Assembly: GCA_964535955.1 (NCBI GenBank)
Contig: CAZHVK010000008.1
Location: 1-64,000, forward strand
Source of the DNA: an uncultured Methanosarcinales archaeon
GTDB taxonomy: Archaea; Nanobdellota; Nanobdellia; Woesearchaeales; CAXGTL01
Direction of reading: 5' to 3'
DNA length: 64,000 nucleotides
The translations under genes were made by a program, and so were the position numbers. The notes under the pieces were generated by a model. The model ran no database searches, had not been told where the DNA came from, and saw only the letters and a program-made list of their open reading frames with translations. Below, one piece after another: positions 30,888 to 40,662 of the stretch (its first letter is position 1; each line of letters begins with the position of its first letter).

Positions 30888-30945
30888 AGGTTTTTATATT
30901 TGTTCTTATTATTGTTTTATAAAAAGAGGTTCTGAGAGGTTTAAA

Positions 30946-31683
30946 ATGGATAAAAAGATAATATTTTCAACTGGAAATTTTCATGTGAAAGGTACGACTA
31001 TCAATAAATGTATTAGTCTTTGTAAGGATCTTGATGTGGATGGGATTGAGGTTTGTATACTTAATCTGAGTGAGCTTGCAGATATAAGCAAAAGAAGTCT
31101 AAATATTTTGAAAAAGTTTGAGCATAATACAATACATGCTCCTATCAGAGAAGCCAGAGGGTATGGTGTTTTTGTACCTTTTTATTATGCAAAATGTACA
31201 ATGACAAAACTTGCATTGAATATAGTATATAAACTTGCTGATGAAATAAATGCACAAAATATTAATTTTCATGATCTAAGTCGTACAAAGGGTGGGCTTT
31301 TCAAGTATAAGTATAATCATACGATTGAGAATCTTTTAAAGAGACCAGAAATTAAATCTAAACCATATGTTAGACAATTGGAAAAACACAAAAAATTTAA
31401 TTTTCTGTTGGATGTGTGTCATGCAAGGAATGAAGTAGAGGAATATATTAAAGTATTAGGTGATAAAACTAAATATATTCATCTAAGCACATTAGGTGAG
31501 AGAACTGATGCAGGTAATCAAACACATCAACCATTGTGCACAAGGGATGCAGATGTTTTGAAAAAGATTTCACCTGTGAAAAGTCTAGATGCTCATGTCA
31601 TAATTGAAACTCATATAAGAAGAGTTGATGTTGATCTTATGAAAAGAGAAATTGATTTTGTAAAGGAGTGGTTGTATCAGTAA
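30946..31683 (+). CDS. Xylose-isomerase/AP-endonuclease-2-like TIM barrel protein
   Basis: DGIEV, IHAP, IEN, LDVCHA, IHLS, HQPL and IIE metal-ligand pattern; start moved to MDKK after GAGGT. Confidence 0.7.
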   Translation: MDKKIIFSTGNFHVKGTTINKCISLCKDLDVDGIEVCILNLSELADISKRSLNILKKFEHNTIHAPIREARGYGVFVPFYYAKCTMTKLALNIVYKLADEINAQNINFHDLSRTKGGLFKYKYNHTIENLLKRPEIKSKPYVRQLEKHKKFNFLLDVCHARNEVEEYIKVLGDKTKYIHLSTLGERTDAGNQTHQPLCTRDADVLKKISPVKSLDAHVIIETHIRRVDVDLMKREIDFVKEWLYQ

Positions 31684-31684
31684 A

Positions 31685-32812
31685 ATGGTACTTGAAGTTT
31701 GTGAACAAAGTCTATTAGACAGGATGAGAAGAGATTATTATCATCGTCTTAGGGATGAGCTAGACTATATTCTTATTCAGTATTTATTAATTGATTCTTT
31801 TAAGAATTATGTACAGGCAGGAGAAAAGTATCCATTTGTTGAAAAAAAAGAATTAAAACCAGGTGCTGCTGATCCTGAATATCTAGACGAAGAAATGCCA
31901 CTGCATAATAATGGATTGGTGTTGTTCATAGATGGCAAATTACCAAAATCATGTAAAAAACATATAAGGTTTAAGAAAAAAAACAGATTATTAAAAGACA
32001 ATATTGAGCATGATAGGTCAATTAATAAATTTTTTACAGAAGAAAATAAGTTTGATCTACAGTACACATATTTTGAGAATCCTATATTTGAAGAATATAT
32101 TACAACATTTATAAAAAAAGATTATAGTTTATTAATACAACATGATCCAAGAGTAAAGAAAAAAGAAAGATATTCATTAACTCATTATAAGGTTAGGATC
32201 GGTTTACTTATACCTGACATGGCTGAAAAATTAGCATTAAGATTAGGATATATTTCTAAACATATAAATGAAAAAGATGTTGAAGAAGATGAGATCCCTA
32301 TTTCAGAGCAATTAGAAGCAAAGTTTTGCGAATATTATGGAATCAGAGAAAATGCTGGTGGTAGAAGGACAGCAGCTGCATTAGCAGCTGAATATTTTCA
32401 AGATCTTAAAGCAATTAAATCAACTTATACTGTTTATGCTGGAAGTTGTGAATTAAGAACATTGATAAAGATCACAAGAAATAAGTTATGGAAATATTGT
32501 TTATTGGTCTTAGATAAAGATGAAATAAAACAAATAGAAGAAAAAGAAAGAGAAAATGAAAATTATGTGAATCTTAGACAACAATTTGGAATTTATGAAT
32601 TTCCTGATGCAAGTATTGTGTCTGTTTTGGGTGTAAGGTATAGTGAGACAAACCAATCAAATATTCCTGAAGAAAAACATTATAAACAAGGTGAAAGATT
32701 ATTTTTACAGAATAAATTTTGGAGAAGTGTTGATAAGAATATGTTATTAATATTACCAAAAAGAGAATTCATACATATTAATCCTGTTCACTATCCTAGT
32801 ATCTATAAATAG
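31685..32812 (+). CDS. Hypothetical protein
   Basis: 375 aa ORF with an SD-like GGAGTGG nearby; coupled to the upstream gene. Confidence 0.75.
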   Translation: MVLEVCEQSLLDRMRRDYYHRLRDELDYILIQYLLIDSFKNYVQAGEKYPFVEKKELKPGAADPEYLDEEMPLHNNGLVLFIDGKLPKSCKKHIRFKKKNRLLKDNIEHDRSINKFFTEENKFDLQYTYFENPIFEEYITTFIKKDYSLLIQHDPRVKKKERYSLTHYKVRIGLLIPDMAEKLALRLGYISKHINEKDVEEDEIPISEQLEAKFCEYYGIRENAGGRRTAAALAAEYFQDLKAIKSTYTVYAGSCELRTLIKITRNKLWKYCLLVLDKDEIKQIEEKERENENYVNLRQQFGIYEFPDASIVSVLGVRYSETNQSNIPEEKHYKQGERLFLQNKFWRSVDKNMLLILPKREFIHINPVHYPSIYK

Positions 32813-32845
32813 ATTTATAAAAAAATCCCTCTTACGGAGATAAAT

Positions 32846-33424
32846 ATGACTAATGAAACAAATGAAGAAGAAGAAGATTATGATCCAGATATGGAAGAAT
32901 TAGCAGATATGGCAGTAATGGAACTGCAAGAATTTATTGATATAGAAACTAATTCAGTTATTGGAGATAGGCAATTTATGGATGTTCTCTCAAATTGGGA
33001 AATAATTCTATTACATTCTGGTCAAAGTATAAATCACAAAAAGACAAACCAAATATTAAATGAATCATCATATAAACTAGAAAAAATTATTACATTAATA
33101 AATGAAGGAATCTTAGCTGAATTAATAATTAAAGAAAAAGAGGAAGAGGAACTAGAAAAATTAAAAACTGATAAAAAGACTAAATTATTAAAAAAAACAT
33201 TATTACATACTCCAAAAATAATACAAAAAGATATTAAACTTAAAACTAAAGAATTATCAAAATTACACACAATGTTTGAAGCATTTACAAGGCTTATTAA
33301 CCAAGTGAAAGACTTTGATCATTATCATTTATCAGAACTTGCAAAAGCAGTTATTGCTTATGAAAAAGCTTTTAGGCAAAGGCTGGATAAAGAAAAACTG
33401 ATTTTAGAAGAGTTTAAAAAATAG
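32846..33424 (+). CDS. Hypothetical helical protein
   Basis: 192 aa, acidic N-terminus, GGAG upstream. Confidence 0.65.
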   Translation: MTNETNEEEEDYDPDMEELADMAVMELQEFIDIETNSVIGDRQFMDVLSNWEIILLHSGQSINHKKTNQILNESSYKLEKIITLINEGILAELIIKEKEEEELEKLKTDKKTKLLKKTLLHTPKIIQKDIKLKTKELSKLHTMFEAFTRLINQVKDFDHYHLSELAKAVIAYEKAFRQRLDKEKLILEEFKK

Positions 33425-33433
33425 AGATTAGGG

Positions 33434-33506
33434 GGAATTCAAAATGAAAACTTACTCACTGACGTTCGTAGCCTTCATTCTGCAAGCAGTCAAAATGAGG
33501 AATTCA
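33434..33506. repeat. Short structured intergenic element upstream of metF
   Basis: Bounded by GAATTC...GAATTC; contains CTCACTGACGTTCG, similar to the CTCACTAATCGTTCG hairpin of the 47571 element. Confidence 0.45.
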
Positions 33507-33508
33507 GA

Positions 33509-34390
33509 ATGAAGATTATAGACATACTAGAAAAAGGGTTCACATGTTCAGTAGAAATACTTCCACCAAAAGGTGTGTTTAATTCTCATAAAGTATTGGA
33601 AAGAGTTGAATCATTGAAAGATGTTGTTGATTTTGCAAGTGTTACATCTGGTGCAGGTGGTAAGAGGAAGAGATGCGGAACAATTTCATTATCTCATCTT
33701 ATTAAAAAAGATCATGGAACAGAATGCATGTCTCATCTAACATGCTTAGATGCAAATGAAGCAGAGATCAAAGAAAAACTTGCTGATATTTATAATCTAG
33801 GAATAGAAAATATCTTGGCTTTAGTCGGTGATAAACCAGATAATGAACCCAAGATTAAGATTAATCCAGATGGACAATCTTTTTTCTTTGCATGCGACCT
33901 TGTTAGATATATAAGAGATGGTGAAAAAGTTTCTAAAAAACCAAATCATTTCTGCCTAGGTGTTGCTGCTTATCCAGAAGGTTATGAAAAAGATAAGAAT
34001 GTAGACAGGTCAGCAGGAATATTAAAAGTAAAAGAAAATTATGGTGCTGACTTTGCAATAACTCAGATGGTGTTTGATCAGAATATTTATTTTAATTTTC
34101 TTGAAAAAGCAAGAGCAGAAGGAGTTACAATGCCAATCATACCAAGTGTTCGTCTTGTTAGGTCAAAAGCACAGTGTGAATATCTTATAAATCAATTTGG
34201 TGTTAATATTCCCTTTATGGGTGTATTAGAAGGATTTTCAAAAGTAGCTAAAAATTATGAAGAAACCTTTTTATTTAATTATATGAGAGATCTTTGTAAA
34301 AATCTTAAACAAGGAGGAGCACCAGGAATTCATTTTGTTATATTAAAAGATACAGAACTTGTTCAAAAAATAGTTCCTTATTTAAAATAG
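33509..34390 (+). CDS. metF: Methylenetetrahydrofolate reductase
   Basis: SVEILPPK, SVTSGAGG, HLTC, GIENILALVGD, VAAYPEG, GADFAITQMVFD and GAPGIHF motifs. Confidence 0.92.
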   Translation: MKIIDILEKGFTCSVEILPPKGVFNSHKVLERVESLKDVVDFASVTSGAGGKRKRCGTISLSHLIKKDHGTECMSHLTCLDANEAEIKEKLADIYNLGIENILALVGDKPDNEPKIKINPDGQSFFFACDLVRYIRDGEKVSKKPNHFCLGVAAYPEGYEKDKNVDRSAGILKVKENYGADFAITQMVFDQNIYFNFLEKARAEGVTMPIIPSVRLVRSKAQCEYLINQFGVNIPFMGVLEGFSKVAKNYEETFLFNYMRDLCKNLKQGGAPGIHFVILKDTELVQKIVPYLK

Positions 34391-34408
34391 TAAACTGCAA
34401 ATAAAAAA

Positions 34409-35071
34409 ATGAAACAATTATTCATAGAAGCAAAATGTGAAACTTTTGTTCTACCGAATGATGTAATTGATAAACTTCCAAAAGAACTGACAATTGCAAC
34501 AAGTGTTCAGTTTATTGATTCTGTTGATGGGATTAAAGCACAATTGGAAGATGTTGGTGTTAAAGTTAAGTTGGTGAAAGGAAAACATTCGAAATATGAT
34601 GGACAGATACTTGGTTGTGATGTTGATGATTGTTCTGGTGATTATTTGTATGTTGGTGATGGTTTGTTTCATTCAAAAGCTTTGTTATTAAAGGGTGCAT
34701 CTAAGGTTTTTTCTTATAACCCATTTACAAAAAAGTTAAGTGAAATTGGTGGAAAGGAAATTGAAAAGATCAAGAAAAAAGTGCTTGGTGGATTGATGAA
34801 GTTCAAAACTTCAACAAATATTGGTGTTATTGTTACAAAGAAACCTGGACAGAATAGAATGAATGATGCACTAAAGTTTAAGACTAAGTGGGAAATTCAC
34901 CCTACCGAAAAGAAAAACATTTTTGTATTCTTAACAGACACATTAGACTTCAACGAACTAGAAAACTTTCCATTCATAGAATGCTGGGTAAACACAATGT
35001 GTCCAAGAATAGGTTATGACGACTCAATCAGACTCTCTAAATCGATTATTAATATTGATGATGTAGAATAA
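34409..35071 (+). CDS. dph2: Diphthamide biosynthesis protein Dph2 (short form)
   Basis: GQILGC, GDGLFH, KPGQ and WVNTMCPRIGYDD motifs. Confidence 0.88.
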   Translation: MKQLFIEAKCETFVLPNDVIDKLPKELTIATSVQFIDSVDGIKAQLEDVGVKVKLVKGKHSKYDGQILGCDVDDCSGDYLYVGDGLFHSKALLLKGASKVFSYNPFTKKLSEIGGKEIEKIKKKVLGGLMKFKTSTNIGVIVTKKPGQNRMNDALKFKTKWEIHPTEKKNIFVFLTDTLDFNELENFPFIECWVNTMCPRIGYDDSIRLSKSIINIDDVE

Positions 35072-35073
35072 TA

Positions 35074-35724
35074 TTACTCAACCTTTACTTTATAATGCTT
35101 ATCTTGTTCTAGTTTAGAAAGATCTTTAAGTAAATAAGGATAATCTTTTATTGCTATATTTTCAAGAATATTAAGCACATTAATAACATCTTTGCAATAA
35201 TTTAAGAAATCATCTTTTGAAAAATATAATTTCCTACTAGTAACATCATCACGCCAATCATAGTATTCTGATAGATTTTGTTCAATAACATCCTGACCAT
35301 AAAAAGAAACAATATCTCTAAGTTTGATTATCCTTGAAAATGGTATGAATTCTGGTTTTTCTCTAACCCCTATAATTGAAAATAAAATTGCATCAAGAAG
35401 TTTTTTAGGAGTTTCAGCTATTTCATGATTATTATATAATCTTTGAAAAGGGTTTTTTATTGAAGATTCTTCATACAAATGACCTTCATCATAAAGTGTT
35501 TCCCAAATCTGTATTTCATATAAAAAAGGATTAATGAAATCCATTTGTGTGGGTCTTAATGACTTTTTTAACATTTTCTTACTTTTCATAAGAGAAAATT
35601 GATTAACATCAAGAAGATATAAAAAAAGTTTATTTTCAGGATTAAATAATTTATTTAATACTTCTTTATTCTTTTCATTAGTATTGTCAGGACTCAAACG
35701 ATCCTTTAATGTGATTATTGTCAT
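35074..35724 (-). CDS. Hypothetical protein
   Basis: ORF 35074..35829; the N-terminal 35 codons overlap a palindromic element, so the start was provisionally moved to MTII. Confidence 0.6.
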   Translation of the reverse strand: MTIITLKDRLSPDNTNEKNKEVLNKLFNPENKLFLYLLDVNQFSLMKSKKMLKKSLRPTQMDFINPFLYEIQIWETLYDEGHLYEESSIKNPFQRLYNNHEIAETPKKLLDAILFSIIGVREKPEFIPFSRIIKLRDIVSFYGQDVIEQNLSEYYDWRDDVTSRKLYFSKDDFLNYCKDVINVLNILENIAIKDYPYLLKDLSKLEQDKHYKVKVE

Positions 35725-35762
35725 GGTATTGTGTAAATTTTTGTCTCTTATAAGTATTTGTG

Positions 35763-35815
35763 TGTCATAAACCACAGGTTTATGAGCATGCTCAGAAATA
35801 CTTGTATTTCTGACA
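35763..35815. repeat. Palindromic element family A (double hairpin around TGAGCATGCTCA)
   Basis: TGTCATAAACC-aca-GGTTTATGAGCATGCTCAGAAATAC-tt-GTATTTCTGACA. Confidence 0.85.
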
Positions 35816-35863
35816 TGTTCAAAGAGCAAAGTTTATATATATTACAACATATTTGTAATTATT

Positions 35864-36703
35864 ATGATTATTGAAACAATAAAAAGAGTCTTAGGTAAGA
35901 GTAATAAACCCATCAATAAACTAAATAATGATGTAAAAGAATTTACTTCTCAAGAAAAAACAATTATTAAGTATGGTGTAAAAGATATTAAAAAATTAAT
36001 TAGAGCTGAGAGGGATAATTATAAGATCGTAAGATTGTATGAAGGGTTGTTAAATAAAAAAATAAACATATTAGATGTTCTTGTTAAACATCTAAAACAA
36101 GGTGAAGGTGTTTTAGCAAAAAAAGATATTTCAATGAAATTAAAAGAATTGTCAATTATATTAAGCAGAGAAGCAAGTAAAAACAGTTTATTATTAGGAT
36201 TAATACAGTTTGATGTAAAACTCAATGATGATTTTATGAAAAGTGCTAATAAGCTGCAGATTGTTTATGAAAAATTAGAAGAAAGAATGAAAGAATTTAA
36301 AGAACAAGCAGCTATTGTAAAAGTTATTGGAAAAAGAATAACAAGGATCAATAATAATATTGCACAAGCAGAAATAAAAGGAATTAATCTTTTATTTGCA
36401 GATGAAAAAAATGTTGTTAAGTATGATGAAGCTGCACTAACATTAATCAATTATATGAAAGATGAATTAATAAAACAACAACAAGTCATTAGCAGTTTAG
36501 GTAGTATAAAAAACAAAGAATCATTGATCAAAGCATTTAATTATATGAAAATACATGTTTCTGAACAAAGAAGAAGTCTTGATAAATTCAAGAGAATTCA
36601 AATTGCAAAGAGAACCCTGTTAGATGAAATGACTACTGCATTATCTGACATTAATAAATCTATTAGATCTGCGAGAAGGATCTCTGCTCAAAAAGCTGCT
36701 TGA
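35864..36703 (+). CDS. Hypothetical coiled-coil protein
   Basis: 279 aa, K/I/L heptad-rich; TATA box upstream. Confidence 0.7.
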   Translation: MIIETIKRVLGKSNKPINKLNNDVKEFTSQEKTIIKYGVKDIKKLIRAERDNYKIVRLYEGLLNKKINILDVLVKHLKQGEGVLAKKDISMKLKELSIILSREASKNSLLLGLIQFDVKLNDDFMKSANKLQIVYEKLEERMKEFKEQAAIVKVIGKRITRINNNIAQAEIKGINLLFADEKNVVKYDEAALTLINYMKDELIKQQQVISSLGSIKNKESLIKAFNYMKIHVSEQRRSLDKFKRIQIAKRTLLDEMTTALSDINKSIRSARRISAQKAA

Positions 36704-37294
36704 TCTTTTTATTATTGTTTTTAATTCTTGCAGAGATATTTCTTGTGTTTTTTTTTCATTTTCTAGATATGACCATACCTTGTCCATTACTTTTATGACC
36801 AAAGCAGTGTTTGTTTTTATGTTTATTCTTGTATCTGCTTTTAAATAATTTGTAAACCAATCAATGAACTGCAGCTTTTGTGAATATTGTTTTGTTAAAT
36901 CTATTGAACTATCTTTGGTTAAATAATTAACCCAGGAATTATCTTTTAAGAGGTTTTGTGAAAAACAATCAAGATGTGTCATACATGATGTCATGAACTC
37001 GATTGATGTAAGATAAAGTTCATAATTATTTAGTTGTTTTGTGAAATCTAAAAAAGAAAAATAATCTTCTAATAACTGCTTTGTTTCATTATGTATCATT
37101 GGTTCACACATAGAAAAAAGATTATCCCCTATTAAACTATCTATATAAGGTGCGTTGTTTGTTTCTCTTATTACTTGTGAACTACTCTTTAAACGCTTTT
37201 CTTCATATTCTTTACTAGGATTTAGAGTCTTGATCCCATCTCTAATAATAATATCCAATGAATATTCTTTAAAATTGTATACATCTTTGCTCAT
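36641..37294 (-). CDS. Hypothetical protein
   Basis: 217 aa ORF with GGGGA upstream; 3' overlap with the convergent gene. Confidence 0.6.
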   Translation of the reverse strand: MSKDVYNFKEYSLDIIIRDGIKTLNPSKEYEEKRLKSSSQVIRETNNAPYIDSLIGDNLFSMCEPMIHNETKQLLEDYFSFLDFTKQLNNYELYLTSIEFMTSCMTHLDCFSQNLLKDNSWVNYLTKDSSIDLTKQYSQKLQFIDWFTNYLKADTRINIKTNTALVIKVMDKVWSYLENEKKTQEISLQELKTIIKRSSSFLSRDPSRRSNRFINVR

Positions 37295-37431
37295 GATTTA
37301 ATCCCCTTTGATTATATAAGGGAGGATATTTTCATTTATAAATGTTTTGTTTTTTTACTACTATTTAGAGGTTATTTTCTGCACTAATAGTGCTTAAGTT
37401 TATAAATTCTTATTCACATACAAAGATTAAT

Positions 37432-38652
37432 ATGAAAAAACCACAATTACTAGCACCTGCTGGATCATGGGAATCTTTGCAAGCTGCTATTCAATCAGGA
37501 GCAGATGCAGTATATTTTGGAATAAAAGCATTAAATATGAGAGCTAATGCAAAGAATTTCGAAGAAACTGAGCTAATTAAAGTTGTTGCAGAGTGTCATA
37601 AGAATAATATAAAAGCTTACTTAACATTAAACACAATTGTTTATGAAAATGAATTAGTCAAGTTGAAAAGGGTTCTTGAAAAAGCAAAACTAGCAGAAAT
37701 CGATGCTGTTATTTGCTGGGATCATTCTGTAATAAAGATGTGTAAAGAACTCAGTCTACCAATTCACCTTAGTACACAAGCAAGTGTTAGTAATTCTGAA
37801 AGTGTCCAGTTCTACAAAGACATTGGTGTTAGTAGAGTGATCCTTGCAAGAGAATGTTCTTTGGCTCAGATAAAGGAAATAAATAATAAAATTAAAACAG
37901 ATAATCAAAATATGGAAATCGAAGTATTTATTCATGGTGCAATGTGTGTTGCTGTGTCTGGCAGGTGTTTAACATCACAATTCTTGTTTAATAAATCTGC
38001 AAATAGAGGTGATTGTCTGCAGCCTTGCAGAAGAAAGTATATTATAAAAGATGTTGAAACAGGTGATGAACTTAAGCTCACAAATAATTATGTAATGTCT
38101 CCTAAAGATTTATGTGCATTGCCAATAATTGATAAATTGATTAATTCTGGAATTGATTGTTTTAAAATAGAAGGAAGAAATAGAGCTCCTGAATATGTTA
38201 AAGTTGTTGTTTCTGTTTATAGACAAGCTATTGATGCTTATGCTGATGGCAAATTTACAAAGCAGATGCAGAATAAGTTGTTGAAACAGTTGGAGACAGT
38301 CTATAATAGAAAATTCCACACAGGCTTTTACTTAGGCACTCCTACAAATGATGATTTTACAGATCTTTATGGAACAGCATCAAAGGTACAGAAGACTTAC
38401 ATTGGCTTTGTTAAGAATTATTATAAAAATGTAAAAGTTGCTGAGGTCAAGATTGAAACAGGTGAAGTTAAGATTGGAGACAAAATCATGGTAACTGGAA
38501 AAAGTACAGGTGTTTTAGAGTTTGATAATATATCTATGGAAATCAATGGTAAAAAAGTTGAGATTGGTAAAAAAGGTGAAAGGGTTGGTGTTAAAGTTTC
38601 TGAATTAGTCAGAGTTAATGATAAAGTTTTTGTGATGAAAACATTTAAATAA
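37432..38652 (+). CDS. U32 family peptidase-like protein (RNA hydroxylation, TrhP-like)
   Basis: PQLLAPAGS, GADAVYFG, HLSTQAS, HGAMCVAVSGRC, NRGDCLQPCR and FKIEGR motifs. Confidence 0.9.
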   Translation: MKKPQLLAPAGSWESLQAAIQSGADAVYFGIKALNMRANAKNFEETELIKVVAECHKNNIKAYLTLNTIVYENELVKLKRVLEKAKLAEIDAVICWDHSVIKMCKELSLPIHLSTQASVSNSESVQFYKDIGVSRVILARECSLAQIKEINNKIKTDNQNMEIEVFIHGAMCVAVSGRCLTSQFLFNKSANRGDCLQPCRRKYIIKDVETGDELKLTNNYVMSPKDLCALPIIDKLINSGIDCFKIEGRNRAPEYVKVVVSVYRQAIDAYADGKFTKQMQNKLLKQLETVYNRKFHTGFYLGTPTNDDFTDLYGTASKVQKTYIGFVKNYYKNVKVAEVKIETGEVKIGDKIMVTGKSTGVLEFDNISMEINGKKVEIGKKGERVGVKVSELVRVNDKVFVMKTFK

Positions 38653-38673
38653 AACAAACATATAATATAACAA

Positions 38674-39261
38674 ATGAAAACATTAAACAACAAAAATAAA
38701 TTTATTCTAGGTGTTCTACTAATCTACATAATCTGGACAATCATAACATTAATAACAAAAGATTATGAACTCATATTTGATAAAGTATTGTCAGCAGGAA
38801 TAATTATATTTGTCTATTACCTTAATAAGAAACATAAATTCTCATGGTTTGCACTTATTATTAATGCAATTGGTGTGACACTTCATCATGTAAAACTTTA
38901 TGGGAATTTCTATTTTGGAATTGGTTTTGATAAATGGATGCATTTGATTGTTCCGTTTGCATTGTGTTTTTTGGTTTATAGAATTATTGATAATTTAACA
39001 TCAAGTAAAAACAAACTAACAACAATAATATTAACAATGGTGGTTGTGTTTGGTTTGGCATGTTTGGTTGAGGTTGTTGAATTCATTGGTTATTCTGTAT
39101 TAGGACAAGGTGAAGGGCATGGTTTATTATTATATGGAGAAGCTGATTATGGAGAATATTTTAATACTTCATGGGATATTATTTGTAATTTAATAGGAGC
39201 TGTGGTTGGTACTATTGTTGCAGTAGTGATAAAAAAGTTAAAATTCTCGTCGATAAAATAA
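38674..39261 (+). CDS. Integral membrane protein (DUF2238/VanZ-like pattern)
   Basis: Several TM helices; FDKWMH, EVVEF and NTSWDIICNLIGA motifs. Confidence 0.7.
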   Translation: MKTLNNKNKFILGVLLIYIIWTIITLITKDYELIFDKVLSAGIIIFVYYLNKKHKFSWFALIINAIGVTLHHVKLYGNFYFGIGFDKWMHLIVPFALCFLVYRIIDNLTSSKNKLTTIILTMVVVFGLACLVEVVEFIGYSVLGQGEGHGLLLYGEADYGEYFNTSWDIICNLIGAVVGTIVAVVIKKLKFSSIK

Positions 39262-39268
39262 CGAAACC

Positions 39269-39276
39269 TTTATATA
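39269..39276 (+). promoter_or_regulatory. Archaeal BRE-TATA promoter
   Basis: CGAAACC-TTTATATA; predicted transcription start near 39299-39301. Confidence 0.6.
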
Positions 39277-39298
39277 TGAGTTCTCTATAAATAAACAT

Positions 39299-39340
39299 AT
39301 GAGGGGGAAAGTCTACAAACTGACTTAATGATCCTTACAT
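39299..39340 (+). promoter_or_regulatory. Kink-turn hairpin in the 5' UTR
   Basis: C-stem AAGUC/GACUU, 3-nt bulge AAU, tandem G-A/A-G pairs, then U-G, C-G, C-G, U-G, U-A and a closing AUG/CAU. Confidence 0.6.
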
Positions 39341-39368
39341 TTATTTTAAAAATATGGGGGTAGATAAA

Positions 39369-39548
39369 ATGGCAGCACAAAAAGTAGCAAAAGTTGGAAT
39401 TAAAAAAGAATCTGGTTGGCTTTATTTCGTTGACAAGAAAGGTGACATCTCCAGAGCAAAAATGGCTCGTGGTGGTAAAAAGAAAAAAAAGAAGAAAAAG
39501 AAAAAAGCTAAAAGAAAAGCTAAGAAAAAGAAGAAAAGAAGAAGATAA
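39369..39548 (+). CDS. Small Lys/Arg-rich nucleic-acid-binding protein (uncharacterised)
   Basis: MAAQKVAKVGIKKESGWLYFVDKKGDISRAKMARGG followed by a poly-K/R tail; SD GGGGGT; T-rich terminator downstream. Confidence 0.8.
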   Translation: MAAQKVAKVGIKKESGWLYFVDKKGDISRAKMARGGKKKKKKKKKKAKRKAKKKKKRRR

Positions 39549-39555
39549 GTAACCC

Positions 39556-39585
39556 ATTTCTTTATTTTTTTTTATTTATTTTTTA
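39556..39585 (+). terminator. Oligo-T archaeal-type terminator
   Basis: TTTCTTTATTTTTTTTATTTATTTTTT just after the stop codon. Confidence 0.5.
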
Positions 39586-39615
39586 TTAAAAATTTTAATA
39601 ATAAATACCAGAAAT

Positions 39616-40611
39616 CTAGTTTATCATCTGAAATGGACTATTAATTCTATTCTTTGCAAACATTTTTTGACCAATACCCTGGCCCAAGTAATATGAAATC
39701 TTATTAATTGCTTGTGAAAACATATCAGCAAATGTAACCTTTTTTCTATATACTGTGTAATAAATAGTCTCGGTCTTAAAATCTTTTTTAATGATCCCTT
39801 CTAAAGTTTTTTTGTCGCCTAACTCGTCAACTAGTCCAAACTCTTTGCCTTGAACTGCTACATAAAACATAGCTGTTTTTAATTCCTTTTGAATTTCTGC
39901 ATCTTCAATGTTTCTATTGTCCATTACATCACTAAAGAAAATAGCATGAACTTGTGATAATTGTTCTTCTAACATTTTTTTTTCTTTTTTTGTTAAAGGT
40001 CTGAATGGATCACCAATATCTTTATGTTCACCTGCTACTAATCTGTTGTAAGTTATATTATAATCATCTAATAAACCTGAAAACTCAAGATAGGAACTTA
40101 TCACACCAATATTTCCTACAATAGAAAATTCATTTGCTACAATTTTTTTATCAACAGCACTTGCAATCCAATATGCTGCTGATGTTGCCATTTCTCTTAC
40201 TAATGCATATTTTGGTTTTTTGCATCTTTTCATAGCATTTACAATTTCTTTTGAAGCAACTGCTGATCCACCAGGAGAATTAATCTCAAAAAGAATTGCA
40301 TCAATACTGTCATCCTCATTAATTGCATCAATATAACTAACAATATCTTGTGATGAAGTTATTTTAGAAGTTAATATACCTTGTTCATGGCTTGTTAAAA
40401 TAACACCTTCAATTGGAATAACAGCAATATTTACTTCTGAGAAATCTGAATTGCCAAATGAAGAAATAAAAGCAAATAACAAACCAAATACAATTACAAA
40501 CAAGAATATACCACCTATGATTAAAGAAATCACTAGAACTAACTTTTTATTGTCTTTTTTAGGTTTTAAGTTAGTCTGCTGTTTAGACCTCTTTTTTTTA
40601 GCCCCCTTCAT
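39616..40611 (-). CDS. sppA: Signal peptide peptidase (S49)
   Basis: N-terminal TM helix; INSPGGS, ATSAAYWIAS, IVGNIGV, KD and GLVDELG motifs. Confidence 0.92.
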   Translation of the reverse strand: MKGAKKKRSKQQTNLKPKKDNKKLVLVISLIIGGIFLFVIVFGLLFAFISSFGNSDFSEVNIAVIPIEGVILTSHEQGILTSKITSSQDIVSYIDAINEDDSIDAILFEINSPGGSAVASKEIVNAMKRCKKPKYALVREMATSAAYWIASAVDKKIVANEFSIVGNIGVISSYLEFSGLLDDYNITYNRLVAGEHKDIGDPFRPLTKKEKKMLEEQLSQVHAIFFSDVMDNRNIEDAEIQKELKTAMFYVAVQGKEFGLVDELGDKKTLEGIIKKDFKTETIYYTVYRKKVTFADMFSQAINKISYYLGQGIGQKMFAKNRINSPFQMIN

Positions 40612-40662
40612 ATTAATATTATTTGTAAGTTCTTATATATAAATGTTACCAAAAACTGACTC

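Noticed and set aside
39276..39340. Fluoride riboswitch or RNase P RNA 5' motif (GGAAAGTC; TAATGATCCTTAC)
   Set aside because: The fluoride riboswitch pseudoknot pairing is missing, and there is no room or 3' consensus for RNase P RNA. A K-turn hairpin fits better.
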